From an uncultured virus (IMG/VR IMGVR_UViG_3300021387_000062) (Duplodnaviria > Heunggongvirae > Uroviricota > Caudoviricetes), in IMG/VR virus record IMGVR_UViG_3300021387_000062: a stretch of 64,000 nucleotides of DNA; one strand, written 5' to 3'. A program made the translations under genes and the position numbers. Shown here piece by piece: positions 45,203 to 57,371 of the stretch (its first letter is position 1; the number at the start of each line of letters is the position of its first letter). Below the pieces are notes generated by a model that was not told the origin of the DNA, did no database searches, and worked only from the letters and a program-made list of their open reading frames with translations.

Positions 45203-45946
45203 TTATAAATCTTCTATATTTCTAATCCAAAATTGCGGTTTAACTTTTTTGCTATCCGCCCCAGCAAGTAAAGACTATATATCAACACCATATTTATCTT
45301 TTTCTTGATAATATCTCATAAGAACTGATATCGCGGCCTAGCTTAACTCTCCGACATTAAGTGGAGTTATACCCAAACCCATACAACAAATTGATGCTAA
45401 AGTTGAGCCTAAAGTTAAATTATTTTTAGACTTTGCTTTAACTCTATCACGTAAACGAGCTTTGGCTTTAAAATACTTTATTTTTGGATTTTCATCTGGA
45501 TTATATGGCTCAGCTTCTTTTTCACCAATTGCTCTCCGCAGAGTATTTTGAAAATCAAAATAGTCATCTTTCCTTATAATTCGTAGCTAATCAATTGATT
45601 TTATTTTCGGTAAATCTTCTTTTAAATTACCAACTACAATCATCTACTAATCTGCCAACAATAATACTGGCTCATGCAAAAAAAACTGAAAACCTTCTAC
45701 CACAATTTTTTTAATACGAATATCACTTGCCAACTAAAACAAATATGCCATTGGATCTGGAACATCTGTCATTGGAAGTTTATTCTCTGTAAACTCGTCT
45801 TCTATATCTTCTTGTGTTATTAAAAATAACTTTCGATATACTGGATAATTCTCTTCAGTTAAAATTTCTTGAATTTTAGGTGGGTATATTTTACAAATTG
45901 ATTTAAATCTAATTGGTAAACCAAGAAAAGCATTACTATCAATCAT
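45203..45946 (-). CDS. Virion morphogenesis protein (several TAG)
   Basis: Open under code 15; ends LLAGADSKKVKPQFWIRN. Confidence 0.65.
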
Positions 45947-46430
45947 AACTTGTTATATAATAAACCATTTCATAACTAACTATTTCGTCAGTTAAAAAGT
46001 TAATCTAAAAATCTCCACCATGCATTTTTCCAAGACCATTTATAACTTTATTATTTAAACTTTTATGAACCTCTCCCATAATTGCGAAAGGCCGCAAATT
46101 AGAATCTTTAATAAACCATTGAGTTAATGGAACAAAAACTTCTATATTAATTTCAAAATCTCTAAATTCATCATTTTCTACGTTATTGCGACCACGCACT
46201 ACACGTAAAGTAACCATACTTTGTGCAGTTTCTTTGTATCCAATACGAGGAACAATTTTAATTAATTTATTATAAATTTCATTTTTAATTTGTTCATCAG
46301 TTAAATCCTATTCATTTAATGGATCTTTACTTGTATAATAAACTAACTTTAAAAGATTCTAATTAGTCTAAAGACGATTTATAATCTTCTATAAATTTAG
46401 CCCCAAATCGGCTAAATTACGTGTAGCCAT
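45939..46430 (-). CDS. Putative tail terminator/completion protein (several TAG)
   Basis: Open under code 15; start and stop overlap neighbours. Confidence 0.6.
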
Positions 46431-47152
46431 TATTCCACACCTCCATTAAACCAGAAGTAATCTTCATCATTATCTTCTTCTGTTTTCTCTGGCGGCGCAC
46501 TCAAATCAAATTCATAAATAGGATCAACACTTACAAATTCCACTCCAGGAGTAGATTGAATGTCATAACCAGTTACCCGATAATATTCTTGTAATGGTTT
46601 TTCACCAATAACAAAATAATCATCAATTCTTAAATTACCATTTGCTGGTAATACAAAAAAACTAAGCTTTAAATTTTCTTCATATATAGTATCCATACGA
46701 GAACGAGATCTAATTTCATTCTTTAACATATTATCTTCTTGACCATACATATACGCATAAGATTCTTGTTCTGATCCATCACGTGCGGTCCACCGCAATA
46801 TATGAGTCATTTTTAATACTATATATCTATTATAACCACTTGCTTTTATATTCTCAAGATAATAAATCATCCAAGGTACTTCAATATTATCTTTATTAGT
46901 CAACATCAAAATCGTACCATTTGGAATATTTAAATCAATATTTGTTAATAAATATTGCCGAGTTTCACTATTATCTTGTTTATTTCTTTCTAAACTGCCA
47001 GCGTAATGCTGACCTTCATATATAAAATCAACTCGATAAATTGATTTTAATAAATATAAATCAAATAAATGTTCTCGTTCACCCTAAATACGAGACTAAT
47101 AATCAGTTCCAAAGCGATTTAGTCTTTTTTTATAAATATCAAAATAACTCAT
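46430..47152 (-). CDS. Putative head-closure/neck protein (2 TAG near the N-terminus)
   Basis: MSYFDIYKKRL...; in frame with track ORF 46430..46909. Confidence 0.65.
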
Positions 47153-47403
47153 AATTTTGATAATAAACTCATACAATCAAAGACTGTACTTCTAAAATAA
47201 TTATAACTTAAATAACGAAGTGAAGAAACTTTTGTATATAATTTATAATAATCAATTGTTTTATGATCTTCTGGATATGACATAAGTTCAATCAAGATAG
47301 AATTAAGAAACTTTTCCCATTCTCCACCTTTCTCATACTCACATAATACTCCATAAAGACGATTTTTTAAATTGTTATTATAACCTTCAAGAACTTCAGC
47401 CAT
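47149..47403 (-). CDS. Hypothetical protein
   Basis: 84-aa ORF overlapping both neighbours. Confidence 0.65.
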   Translation of the reverse strand: MAEVLEGYNNNLKNRLYGVLCEYEKGGEWEKFLNSILIELMSYPEDHKTIDYYKLYTKVSSLRYLSYNYFRSTVFDCMSLLSKL

Positions 47404-47833
47404 CTGCTATTGCCGTAGCCAAACGAGTATAATCGAAAGGCTTCCTTTGAATAGATCTATAATATACAGCTTCAAGTCTAGCTGCATTTTTCTTTTCCTA
47501 TTCTAACATCTAATTAAATTTATCAAGTAAATTCGCTTGTGAAAAATCTCTTTCTTCATAAAGCGGTTTTACATTTTCCCATGTCAGAATAGTACGATTC
47601 AGCCACTCACACTTCATATAAGTAGCCAAAATCTAAATTTCTTCGTTATTTAAATCTTCAACAAACTGATCTCCATCTGTATCAAGAGAAACACGAGGGA
47701 ACTTAAACCACGGCAGAGCGCCTTTTAAGATAGCTTTCCAATCTTCTTGCATATCTTCTTCTTCCCAAACGCTCCATTCGTCATCTAACATCTTCGCGAG
47801 GAAAGCGTCATAAACAGTCTAAAAACTGGTCAT
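47396..47833 (-). CDS. Putative head-tail adaptor (TAG at codon 5 and later)
   Basis: MTSF[Q]TVYDAFLAK...NEEI[Q]ILA...DFSQANLLDK pattern. Confidence 0.65.
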
Positions 47834-47836
47834 TTA

Positions 47837-48310
47837 TTATCCCTCCACGCTTTTTCTTAATTCAATCCCCTTTAAAACATTACGTCCACTAATCTCAGTT
47901 AAGAAATTAGCCTTAGGAATACTACCATCATCGCCATGCTTCATAGCATAATCAACTAATGAATCTAATTGCGCTTTCTTTAAATTTTTAACTTCAACTT
48001 TAAACTGCGAAAGCGGCATGACCTTCCAGTAACGCTCAAGTTCTTTATCTCCAAGATAAATAATTGTCGGGGTTTTTGCATCTTCTGGCTCGATACCCAA
48101 TTCCTTCTTTAACTCAAAATCTTCGATATATAAAGTGCCGTCTTCAACCATATTTTTAAAAGCATCATCATACATAAGTTCTTCAACCACATTACGATCT
48201 AACATGACATAAGAACCACGTGCAGGCCAACGACGTGAAATGTGTAAATCACTATTATCAATGCCACAACGGCCATCAAAGGCACTAATAACTTTTACTT
48301 TATCTGACAT
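47837..48310 (-). CDS. Hypothetical protein downstream of the capsid gene
   Basis: AGGAG RBS, 157 aa. Confidence 0.7.
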   Translation of the reverse strand: MSDKVKVISAFDGRCGIDNSDLHISRRWPARGSYVMLDRNVVEELMYDDAFKNMVEDGTLYIEDFELKKELGIEPEDAKTPTIIYLGDKELERYWKVMPLSQFKVEVKNLKKAQLDSLVDYAMKHGDDGSIPKANFLTEISGRNVLKGIELRKSVEG

Positions 48311-48391
48311 AATCTTTTTTCTCCTTTTTACTCCTAAAATTTAAAAATAAGGGGAAGGGAATTATCCCTTCCCTTTAATAAGGTTTATATA

Positions 48392-49441
48392 TTAATAACC
48401 GTAGATGTCCTTAGCCGAAGTATCGGCAATACTAGAGTTCCAATAGATGCACCAATTGTTGTGATGCAGAATAGCGCAACCCATCTTCTTCCATGCATAG
48501 ACTTCCATAGAGTTATCCTTGTTCTCATGATCACGGATCTGAGTAGAGCCTTCAAGAACAACCTTTACAACTTTCTCAGCACCGGCTGGGAACACATAAG
48601 CACGACTTGGATCAACATAAGTCTCGGTGTTAGTCTCATCAACAAAGGACTGAGGAATTTCCACAACAGTGGCGCCACGAAAGACCTTGATGAATCCAGT
48701 GTCATGGATAGCTTCGATATCCTTTGGGCTGTATATGCCTTGAGCCACTTTTGTACTATCATTAGCCAGAACTGGAACAATAGCGTCAGGACCCATCTTA
48801 GCGATAAACTCAGGGCAAGCAAAAATAACTGGTTGACCATAAGCACGAACAATATTCATAAGCTTAACCATTTCGTCAGCGCTCCAAGCACCCTTATACT
48901 TATTGGTAGCAGGCATATTGTCATAAGCCGCAACCAGAGCACGCTCAACTTCAACATACACAGCATTGGTAAGACCTTCGGTCACAATACCAACAACTTC
49001 TGCAAGAGACTCGGCGCCATCAAGCATACGCTCGAAGTCGATCGTGGCACCGCCACCAACGGCATGAGCACCAAGCTCAAAAGTCTCAGAATCAAGACGG
49101 AATGTCTCATACACACCACTCAGACCAACCTGAGTAAGAAACTTTTTAGCACGAGCGCGGCCAAGCTTTTTCTTAAACATAGCTTTCTGGCCTTGAGCAA
49201 CAGTCTGCACTTCAGCAAACTGGCCGATAGCAGACATAACATCACGAGGAAGAATTTCATCAATAGACTCAATGATAATATCATAGAGGTCATAACGATT
49301 CTTCATAAACTGGTTATAAGAACCAGCAAACTCCTTTAAACCATCAGCAAAAGCTTCATTGACATTGTCAACAGTGAAGGTATCAGGAGCAGTACCCTTA
49401 ACGGCATGAAGGGCAAGTTCTCTTAATTCATTAAGTGTCAT
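48392..49441 (-). CDS. Major capsid protein, TAG-free
   Basis: 349 aa, position after scaffold/decoration, strongly biased codons, terminator 48349-48376. Confidence 0.82.
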   Translation of the reverse strand: MTLNELRELALHAVKGTAPDTFTVDNVNEAFADGLKEFAGSYNQFMKNRYDLYDIIIESIDEILPRDVMSAIGQFAEVQTVAQGQKAMFKKKLGRARAKKFLTQVGLSGVYETFRLDSETFELGAHAVGGGATIDFERMLDGAESLAEVVGIVTEGLTNAVYVEVERALVAAYDNMPATNKYKGAWSADEMVKLMNIVRAYGQPVIFACPEFIAKMGPDAIVPVLANDSTKVAQGIYSPKDIEAIHDTGFIKVFRGATVVEIPQSFVDETNTETYVDPSRAYVFPAGAEKVVKVVLEGSTQIRDHENKDNSMEVYAWKKMGCAILHHNNWCIYWNSSIADTSAKDIYGY

Positions 49442-49461
49442 AATAATTTACCCTCCTAAAA

Positions 49462-50022
49462 TTAAACAGCAAGAACCTGAAGTTGGAAAGCATCCTGACC
49501 ATCAGGCATTGTAGTCTTTTTAATAACTTGGATCACAGGACCAACAGTGGGAACAGCGGAACCAAGAACCACAGCACCTTGAGTACCAACAGCAGCATAC
49601 ACAGCACTACCAGAAGCAAGTGCGGACTGAACAGCAGAAGCATTTGCATAAGTACCAAGATCAATGCAGTTAGTGGTCCAAAGGTCGCCAGCAGCGAGAT
49701 AACCCACGCGTGGATAAAAGTCCTGACCCTTTTCATTCTTTTGAGCAGAAAGACTGAAGTTCTTTAAACCAGGCTTACGCTCATCGTACATATGCTCAGA
49801 AGTATAATTAAGAGCATAAAGTTGGTTTTCGGCAGAAGCATCTGCGAAGGTGATCTTGTGCTCTGCTTTCTTAACGCGAAGGATCATACCATTCTCACAT
49901 GGAACATTGCTAGTAAAAGCAGCAGTATCAAGAGCGCACTGGGCTTCAATGCGGCCATCCCGACGGAAAGCAACATTGTTAAGTTCGACTTGGCCGAAAC
50001 CATCAATAACCATTCTAGCCAT
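49462..50022 (-). CDS. Capsid decoration/stabilising protein, TAG-free
   Basis: GQVELNNVAF...IEAQ...CENGM...TMPDGQ; between scaffold and capsid genes. Confidence 0.65.
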   Translation of the reverse strand: MARMVIDGFGQVELNNVAFRRDGRIEAQCALDTAAFTSNVPCENGMILRVKKAEHKITFADASAENQLYALNYTSEHMYDERKPGLKNFSLSAQKNEKGQDFYPRVGYLAAGDLWTTNCIDLGTYANASAVQSALASGSAVYAAVGTQGAVVLGSAVPTVGPVIQVIKKTTMPDGQDAFQLQVLAV

Positions 50023-50038
50023 TTAAATAGCCTCCTAA

Positions 50039-51400
50039 TTACTTTTTATATTTTGATAAAATAGCAGTTAACCCATCAAGTGGGGTATCTTTGGGGACGA
50101 TTCCCTCATCACTATTCTTAGTGAAAATAGAAGAATTACTCTTTTTCAGCTCATAAGCAAGCCGCATGTCAAGCTCTTCCACATCATACTCAGAAATTTT
50201 TTCACGATAGGAGTTAAGAATTTCTTCAGACAGATGCTCAGAATACTCATCAATAACAGCATTCTTTTGCTCAGTTTCAATATTGAGCTTGTAAGCTTTC
50301 AAATTATCTAACTCTTCATTAAGAGCAGTAATAGCGTTATTAGCAGATTCCCACTTCTCGGTATATTCAGCAACCTGCCCATTAGCATTATCTCTTTCTG
50401 TTTCCAAAGTAGAGATCTGAGTATTTAACTCTTCAATTTTGGTGGAAAATTCAGAAATTTTCTCGAAGTTTTCTTGAGCATTAGTAAGAACATCACTCAC
50501 AACTTCATATGTATCACCATTGAGTACGCGCAGCGTATCAATAGTATTCTTCTCTGCTTCGGTAATATCCATAACATAGCACTTCACGATTTCGCCAAGT
50601 TCAACCATGTCGTTGGAATCATCTTTTGTATAATAAGCTCTAACCATATCACCATTTTCATAATTCACAGCAAGAGCATAATTATCATAAACGGCAGTAA
50701 TACCGTAATTAACGGTCCAATTGCCTTCTTCATTAAACTCTGGATTCAATAAAGCCCAAATAGCTTCAAACTTTTGAGCATCAGAGAGTTTAAAATTAAT
50801 TTTAGGCATTTTAGTACCTCCATATTGTTTTATCTAATAAATAGCTTGTTCAATTGAGTTCTGTAAAGTATAGAATGAAGCACCTTCAAAACAAGGTTCT
50901 ACATTATCGCCTAAAACTTGTAAGCCCAAGAAGCAACCTTCATCAAATACGATATAACGCCGATTGTGAATAATTGCTTCATGATATTTTAAAGATGGAG
51001 CATAAAGTTCCATAGATTGGCTTTTACCAACTATTTCATTAGCTTCTTTATAAAGAGCAGTAAAGATTAACACATCGGTGCAAGCATAAGTTCTAGTCAC
51101 ACCATCTTCATCAAGAAAATTTTCCCAAGAGATATTTGGTGATTCTGGAACAATACCATAAATACGACCCAAACTACGTGCCGCACCATGATCTGTGTAA
51201 TCATCTTCTGTATATATACCTTTAACAGGAGCATATGGAAGAGAACTTAAAAGTTTCTCAGCAAATTCATCAGTAATATAAGTTCCATTACGATTTTCAT
51301 ATTTATAAAAGATTCGACATCTTGCTTTGCTTAATACTTCATTATACTTTTCCAGCTCGCCATAAACGCGTACTTCAAAATCGTATAATGCTTTATCCAT
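50039..51400 (-). CDS. Prohead protease-scaffold (TAG at 50834-36; internal RBS and ATG at 50809)
   Basis: NRNGTYI, QSMEL, FLGLQVLG..VEPCFEGA protease domain in frame with a coiled-coil scaffold domain. Confidence 0.78.
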
Positions 51401-52880
51401 TTGTACCTCCATTATTATCCAGCGACTACTCATTCTGAATAGTCTTCTAGGACTTTTGATCCGCAGGAAGCTCAGGGCGGCCAACTTGACCAGTACCCTA
51501 AGTATAGGCAGAGGACAGTGGAACTAATTTCGTCAACAGGTCTAAAGCATCATTCTCCAAGTTCTTTAAATTAAGTAAATCTTTCTAGGTTATACCCAAT
51601 GCTAAACTTGGTAATAAGAAGCTGTAGCCACTCTGCGCGAGTTTAAAACTATCAGTAATATAGTCGCTAACATCATAATATGATATTGGCAATAAAGTGT
51701 ATTTAAATGTGATATTTGAATTAGCAAAAAGAGTATTAACAATAAAAGTTAAGAAACGAGAATACTTATTACCTAAGATCATCATTAAAGAAATATCATT
51801 TTTTATAGAAATCATTAATGCTTGACTACCGGTCGGCGCAAATAATTGGCCGCTAACACCAGTATTAGAATAGATATTCTGTAAGCTTTTTTCTAATGCA
51901 TTAGTTGCTGCTTCAGATGCAGTATTCGATACAACAGAATCAACATCAGCATAAGTAGTTAAAACACTTATATTTTTATTGCCACTCATCATGTTGACTG
52001 CGCCTTGATGCATCACCGCGGCTTCTTCTGGCTCAAATAAAAGCATACCATCCTATAGATGTGGTATCTTTTGAACAATAATCTTACGAATCTCTTCTAA
52101 GTCTCTTTCTTTATTTGTTTCTACTGCTTCATCATAATCAATAGTCGCAGGAATTACATCCAAAAAGAAAGGCCTATTATCATCTGTAAGAGAAAAACAA
52201 AAACCAATATCTGAAGGTATCCTTACCCAAGGAGTTTTTACTTGACTCTTTTTATAACGACGATAATGATCTGCAATTTCTTTTGGATATACTTTTAATG
52301 CCTATTTTTTAACATCTTCATCAATAATAGTGTTAAAATAAAGGACATTAAATTCAATTATATCATTCCCATGAAAGTCACGGAAATTTGATCTACAATA
52401 TTCTGCGGGCAAATCTAAAATGACAAAGTCATTTTTAGTTACGTTCCGGAGCACGCCATAATAACAACCATCTATAAGAGCACGTAATGAAATACGAGTA
52501 AGTAGTTCGGCTAAATTCATTCTGTCAAGATAGTCTAATGCATTATTATACCGTTTTTGTACATAAGGGGTGGAGAGTTCATTACCCGCACTTGGATTGG
52601 GGATTAATATACCTATGTATTTCAAAATTGTAGCATAATAAATTAAAATACGCTTATAAAAACCATCTTTATAGAAGAAATTACGTGAAAGTTGTTGCTA
52701 TGCCTATAAAGAACCACTATTAATTATTTTTTCAACTTCTTCTTTAGTATATTCTTTTAATTTACGAGTATGTAAAGAAAAACCTAAAGAATCATTCCAA
52801 GATTTCTCACTTTTAACTACCATATCTGCAAAAGCATTTTTAAAAGTGGTTAAATCTATCGTTTGACGTGTCTCTTCCAT
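51393..52880 (-). CDS. Portal protein (several TAG)
   Basis: 495 aa under code 15, between terminase and protease; C-terminal SAYT[Q]...GRP. Confidence 0.78.
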
Positions 52881-52881
52881 T

Positions 52882-54681
52882 TTAAGTTTGTCCTCCAGTA
52901 AAGAAAATTAACTAACGCGGCTGACCAGCTCTCATTCTAGTAACTCGTTTATAGTTCGCTTCTTCCAACTCTTTTATTCTCCATAAGCCATAGGCAAACG
53001 CAGAATATTTATCTTTTGGAAAGCGTGCATTGATCTATTCAAGCACTATATCAAGGCCGCTCTTTTTTAACCGCAAGTTAGACATTTCTTCAAATAACTT
53101 AGTGGTAAGCTCATGAGGAATTAAACGTTTAACACGTTCTTCTGTTTTCATTTTTTGACCAACTTTTGTAGCAAGAAGCGCGGCTCGCGCATCTTGTTCG
53201 CTTATCAAAAAGCGAACCATACCACTATTAATACGTGAGTAGGCATTACCATGGATTTTTGAATTTAAGGGTCCATTGGCTTTCAAAGAATAGAGAATTT
53301 GTGGTGCGTCTTTCGGTTGGATCTTTTTATAATCATCATTATTAAAAAATCCATAAGCCGGCAATTCGTTACCATCACTATCTATCTAAGTACGAATCAT
53401 TTCGTCTGCAAGCCCCACACCAAGTCCATTACAGTCTATGACTACTTCGCGCGGCTGATATGTTGCAATAAGTTCTTTTAGGTCGGCCGCCTACTAAGTA
53501 AAAGTCTTGGTTTCAGCTTGACGTCCAAGGACAAATAAATTTACAAGCGTCGAATAGTATTTATTATCACGAATATTGACACGCCATATACAAGCAACTG
53601 TCTAGTCGTGTAATCTACCTACGTCTACTGAAATTAAGTAGAAAACATCTTTACTGTCTCTAAATTTTTGAGTCCATTCTGGATTCTTAATTTTTCGATA
53701 TTTGGTAAGTTTAGAATAATCAAACCAAGAATCTTCACCGCCACCAAGCCATACGCCAAGATACTCAGCCGCGAATGTAACTTCATTATAAGAAGGAGAT
53801 AATTTCAAGTTCTTTACATATGTAGGATCAATTAACCCATGCATTGCCGGAATCCTATAATCAAGCCCTATACAGAAACTAGATTTTGGATCAATTATCG
53901 CTTTTTCAAAAGTATCAATTAAAGCTTCGTAAGCATATGATGCTTTAGTTCCAGCAGATGTTGCGTAAATCACCTATGTATTGATCTTTTCATATGGATT
54001 TACTAATCCATTATCCATTCTTCGAGAAACGTTCATTTGCGGCAAAACAATCTCATTAATAGCATCACCATCTTGGTCACGCGCCTCATCAATAAGAGTT
54101 GCATGGGTACGAATACCACGATCGCTATCGAGAGCGCCGACAACGGTTAAGCGAGCGCCATTCTTAAAGAACAGTTCAATATAGTCCTTACCAAAATTAG
54201 CATGGACACCTTCATTATTACCTGGCTCTAGCTCATTTTTGAGTAAAGGCCAAATACGCCAGATTTCTTGTATTTTCTACTTACTGATTTTTGCGGCTTG
54301 GCCCTTATTCGGCGCCACAATAGATCCAACGTGGTTTGGTAAGAACACACATTGGAGGTATTTTGCTAATATCGAAAGAAAAGTTTTCGATGTAGCGCGG
54401 GCCGCAGTAATATATATATAAGTATATCTCATGCACGCGCGCAGAAATATACGTTGATAAGGAAATAGAGTAAAATTAGAATTTTCTGGAGTAATCAAAT
54501 CAAGAAAAACATCTGGATAAACGCTAAATAACTAAAAACACTCCTAAAGAAAATCCTAATTCTTCTCTAAAAAGTGAGGGGTAATAACAACTCCTTTCTC
54601 TAATTCGATACCCCCATGGTAAAGCTTTTGTTGAGTATTAAAGCGTAATGATTCCGGGTCAATTAATTCAATTACCGCCAT
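52882..54681 (-). CDS. Terminase large subunit (about 10 TAG)
   Basis: LFPYQ, AARATSKTF, RGIR, LIDEARD, ATSAG, SVDVGR, IDCNGLG, KDKYSAF motifs in one frame. Confidence 0.9.
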
Positions 54682-55676
54682 TACTTTTCACCACCCGGAT
54701 CAAACTCATCTTCTTCACCATCTATGATATATGCATCATTATCATACTCATCTGGATTAAAGTCCGGTTGAATATCATAAACTCCATTATTTTGCTCAAT
54801 ATTATTTGCCATATTGAGTGCGCGCAAGCGTTGGGAAATTTCTTCACCAATGCCGCCTTCATTCACATAAAGTCGCTAATTATAATTTTCTATATTCTTT
54901 AGTGATTCATCTATGACATCGCGCGTAACATCATCATAGAACTTATTAATCTTTCCATGTTTTTCAAGCCAATATGCAACTTCCGCAAAGCTATCAAAGT
55001 CAGTAGCGTTCTTCGCATTCTTCGGTGTAAACTCCGCACTTTTAATAATCTTATCATACGAAGACATAAACTTATCGACTTCTTTGTCTCCAGCGCGGAT
55101 ACGATTATCTATCTCTAAAGAAAGCTTACAGAGCTTTTGCGCTTGGTCGATCTGGAGCGCACCGTTAATGTTTTGCGTATTCATAAGGCCGCGGTATAAA
55201 TCTTCAAGATGATTTAGTTCTTCATCATCATAGTTTTCGCCCCACTTACGCCGCAAGTCCTAATAACGCTTTTCGCGCACTTCGGGTACTTCTTCTTCTA
55301 TCAATCCGACTTCCTTTAACTTTTTATACTACCTATAATAATCCCCCCACCCAAGATTCTCATATTCTTGCGTAGAGAAAACCTTAGCATAAGTAGCCCA
55401 AGTTTCAGTTGGTAATGTCATCCCCGCGATTCTATCCCATTCCTTCACCACAAAAGGAATATCAGCCCACTAACAAATCTTATCAATTGTTGTCCAGTTT
55501 CCGTCTGACTCATTTATTATTTCGGCAATGCATTCATTACAGAAGGGTAAATATCCATCCAGATAAAATTTGCTGTGAGTAAGAGAGAACTAAGAAAGCG
55601 GCAATGACCGGCCGCATCTTTCACATTTCTTAGATGTATTGGCGGCCGGCCTAGGGATTTTAGGAATAACCGGCAT
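54681..55676 (-). CDS. Zn-finger protein upstream of terminase (possible small subunit), TAG-containing
   Basis: CERC...CNEC; KWGENY; track fragments share one frame. Confidence 0.6.
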
Positions 55677-55933
55677 TATTCATGCCCCCTTTTCATACTA
55701 TTCGATTTCTTAACTAACTTTATAATTTCTCTTTTCTTAGATCTTCCTAACTTATCAAACTTAGCCATAACATCTGCAAAGACATCAGTAAAAGAACGCG
55801 GCACTACTTTTTGCTCTGCTTCTTTATCTGGATTATCTTCCACAATGGTCACTCCAAGTAACTTTGCCAAACCAGCAAATTCAAGTGGTTCCATTTTTGT
55901 TACGCAGTCCATAAGTGATGAATTGCTATTCAT
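55676..55933 (-). CDS. Hypothetical protein
   Basis: GAGGAGG RBS before ATG 55933. Confidence 0.55.
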   Translation of the reverse strand: MNSNSSLMDCVTKMEPLEFAGLAKLLGVTIVEDNPDKEAEQKVVPRSFTDVFADVMAKFDKLGRSKKREIIKLVKKSNSMKRGHE

Positions 55934-57248
55934 ATCTAATCTTTTCCTCCTCTCTTTTTTTCTTCGAGCAACTCTTGCATCTTGGCGCGTATCCATCGGG
56001 CGCTTTGTGCTATTTCACAAAGAACTCTGGATCACGCAAGAAGAGCCGGCCGCAATCTTTACATTTCTTAAAGTTCTCTGGATAGAATATATTCTCCATT
56101 ATAAGTCTATGAAGTCGCGCGGAATCTGCAATAGTTGGAATAATTTTTTTTCTATATATAGTAGAAATATAGTTATCATTATAAGACGTACCATATTTCT
56201 AATTTAAAGTAGAAGCAATTTTTGTATTTGACGCTCCATGTATTTTCATCTAAAGTAGCTCGTGCTATAAATCATTGAGCCGCGCGCTTTGTTCATAAAA
56301 TTTAAGAGTACGAAATACTGCGGCCGATGATGAGTTGATGTGTTCTGGATCATTTTCCATCTCAACTTCAAAAAGCGCATAATTCTTATATAATATTAAA
56401 ACGTGTTCTGGATTACAAAAGTCAAAATATAATTGGCTATTTTGTTCTTTTGGCTTCCAAATTATATCACTAACCCGCTATAAATCTTTCTCATTAAAGA
56501 TAAATGGATTTGGCGGCGACTAAAAAACTTTTTGCGCCCATTTAGAATTGTCATGTAGACCGAATGGCCGCACTTCAATATCACTATCAAAACGAAGTGG
56601 AGACTCGGTTTCAATATGAGTATCAACCCGCGGCAGTATCGTATTATAAACTGAATCGCGATACGTATATTGTTCTGTTCTTAACTCTACTAGGCGGTGC
56701 CGCATCTTTAAGTACTAGCGCTAGTTTAATTCTGCGGCTTTATCTTCGCATTGTTGTCGTTTTTCTTCGGTAAAGTTTTTCAATAGTGAGTCGCGTGGTG
56801 GAGTTGTGCGTTTCCCGTGAAGCAAGTCATAATAATTTATAACTAGTTCTATGTAGTCGATCTATGCAAATAATTCTTTAAAAACTGGGATTAAGTGCGG
56901 TGGGGCCTTTTTGAGAGTGTCTTCTCGATTGAAGACGACGCGTTTTGTACGATAATGGGTCGCATTTAACTTGGTGAACTTGGCTTCTTGAAAACCGGGC
57001 TGTTCCATTAAGTCTTCTATGGATTCGGCGCGCGAGCTAGATTGTTCCCATTCTTTTATGGTGACGATGCCTTCTTGTTGGGCATTTAGGCCGTTTTGAT
57101 TTTTGCCCCAAAGTACATAATCTGATAAAGTTTCGGTTTCATGTTCATCTGGGGTAAATGTAATGGTGGGGAGATAAGACTCTAAAAATTTGAGCCGTTC
57201 TTCTGTTGTTTGGAGAGAGAAATCTAAACGTAATCTATTCTTAGGCAA
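55881..57248 (-). CDS. Putative transcription regulator (sigma-region-4-like HTH plus C-terminal Zn ribbon), multiple TAG
   Basis: 455 aa under code 15; LNDL[Q]HELL[Q]MKIHGASNTKIA...; KCKDC...CKSC; first gene of the late block. Confidence 0.55.
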
Positions 57249-57342
57249 GTATTGTATATAGTATATACGTATTAATGTATACGGGGTATGATATGTAATA
57301 CGTATACGTTCTCCTATGTAAATTTTATCCCCTTATATTTAT

Positions 57343-57371
57343 ATTATAACATAAGGGGACGGAAATGTCAA
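57343..57371 (-). promoter_or_regulatory. Consensus sigmaA promoter heading the morphogenesis block
   Basis: TTGACA-17 bp-TATAAT with extended TG. Confidence 0.8.

Noticed and set aside
48461..49339. 292-aa + strand ORF and other long antisense ORFs (18709..19356, 63114..63656, 7951..8361)
   Set aside because: Shadows of codon-biased genes on the opposite strand; no RBS or recognisable motifs
30144..57248. Decayed prophage or mass pseudogenisation of structural genes
   Set aside because: In the stretches I translated the interruptions are TAG, fragment frames match without frameshifts, and motifs are intact; recoding explains this better
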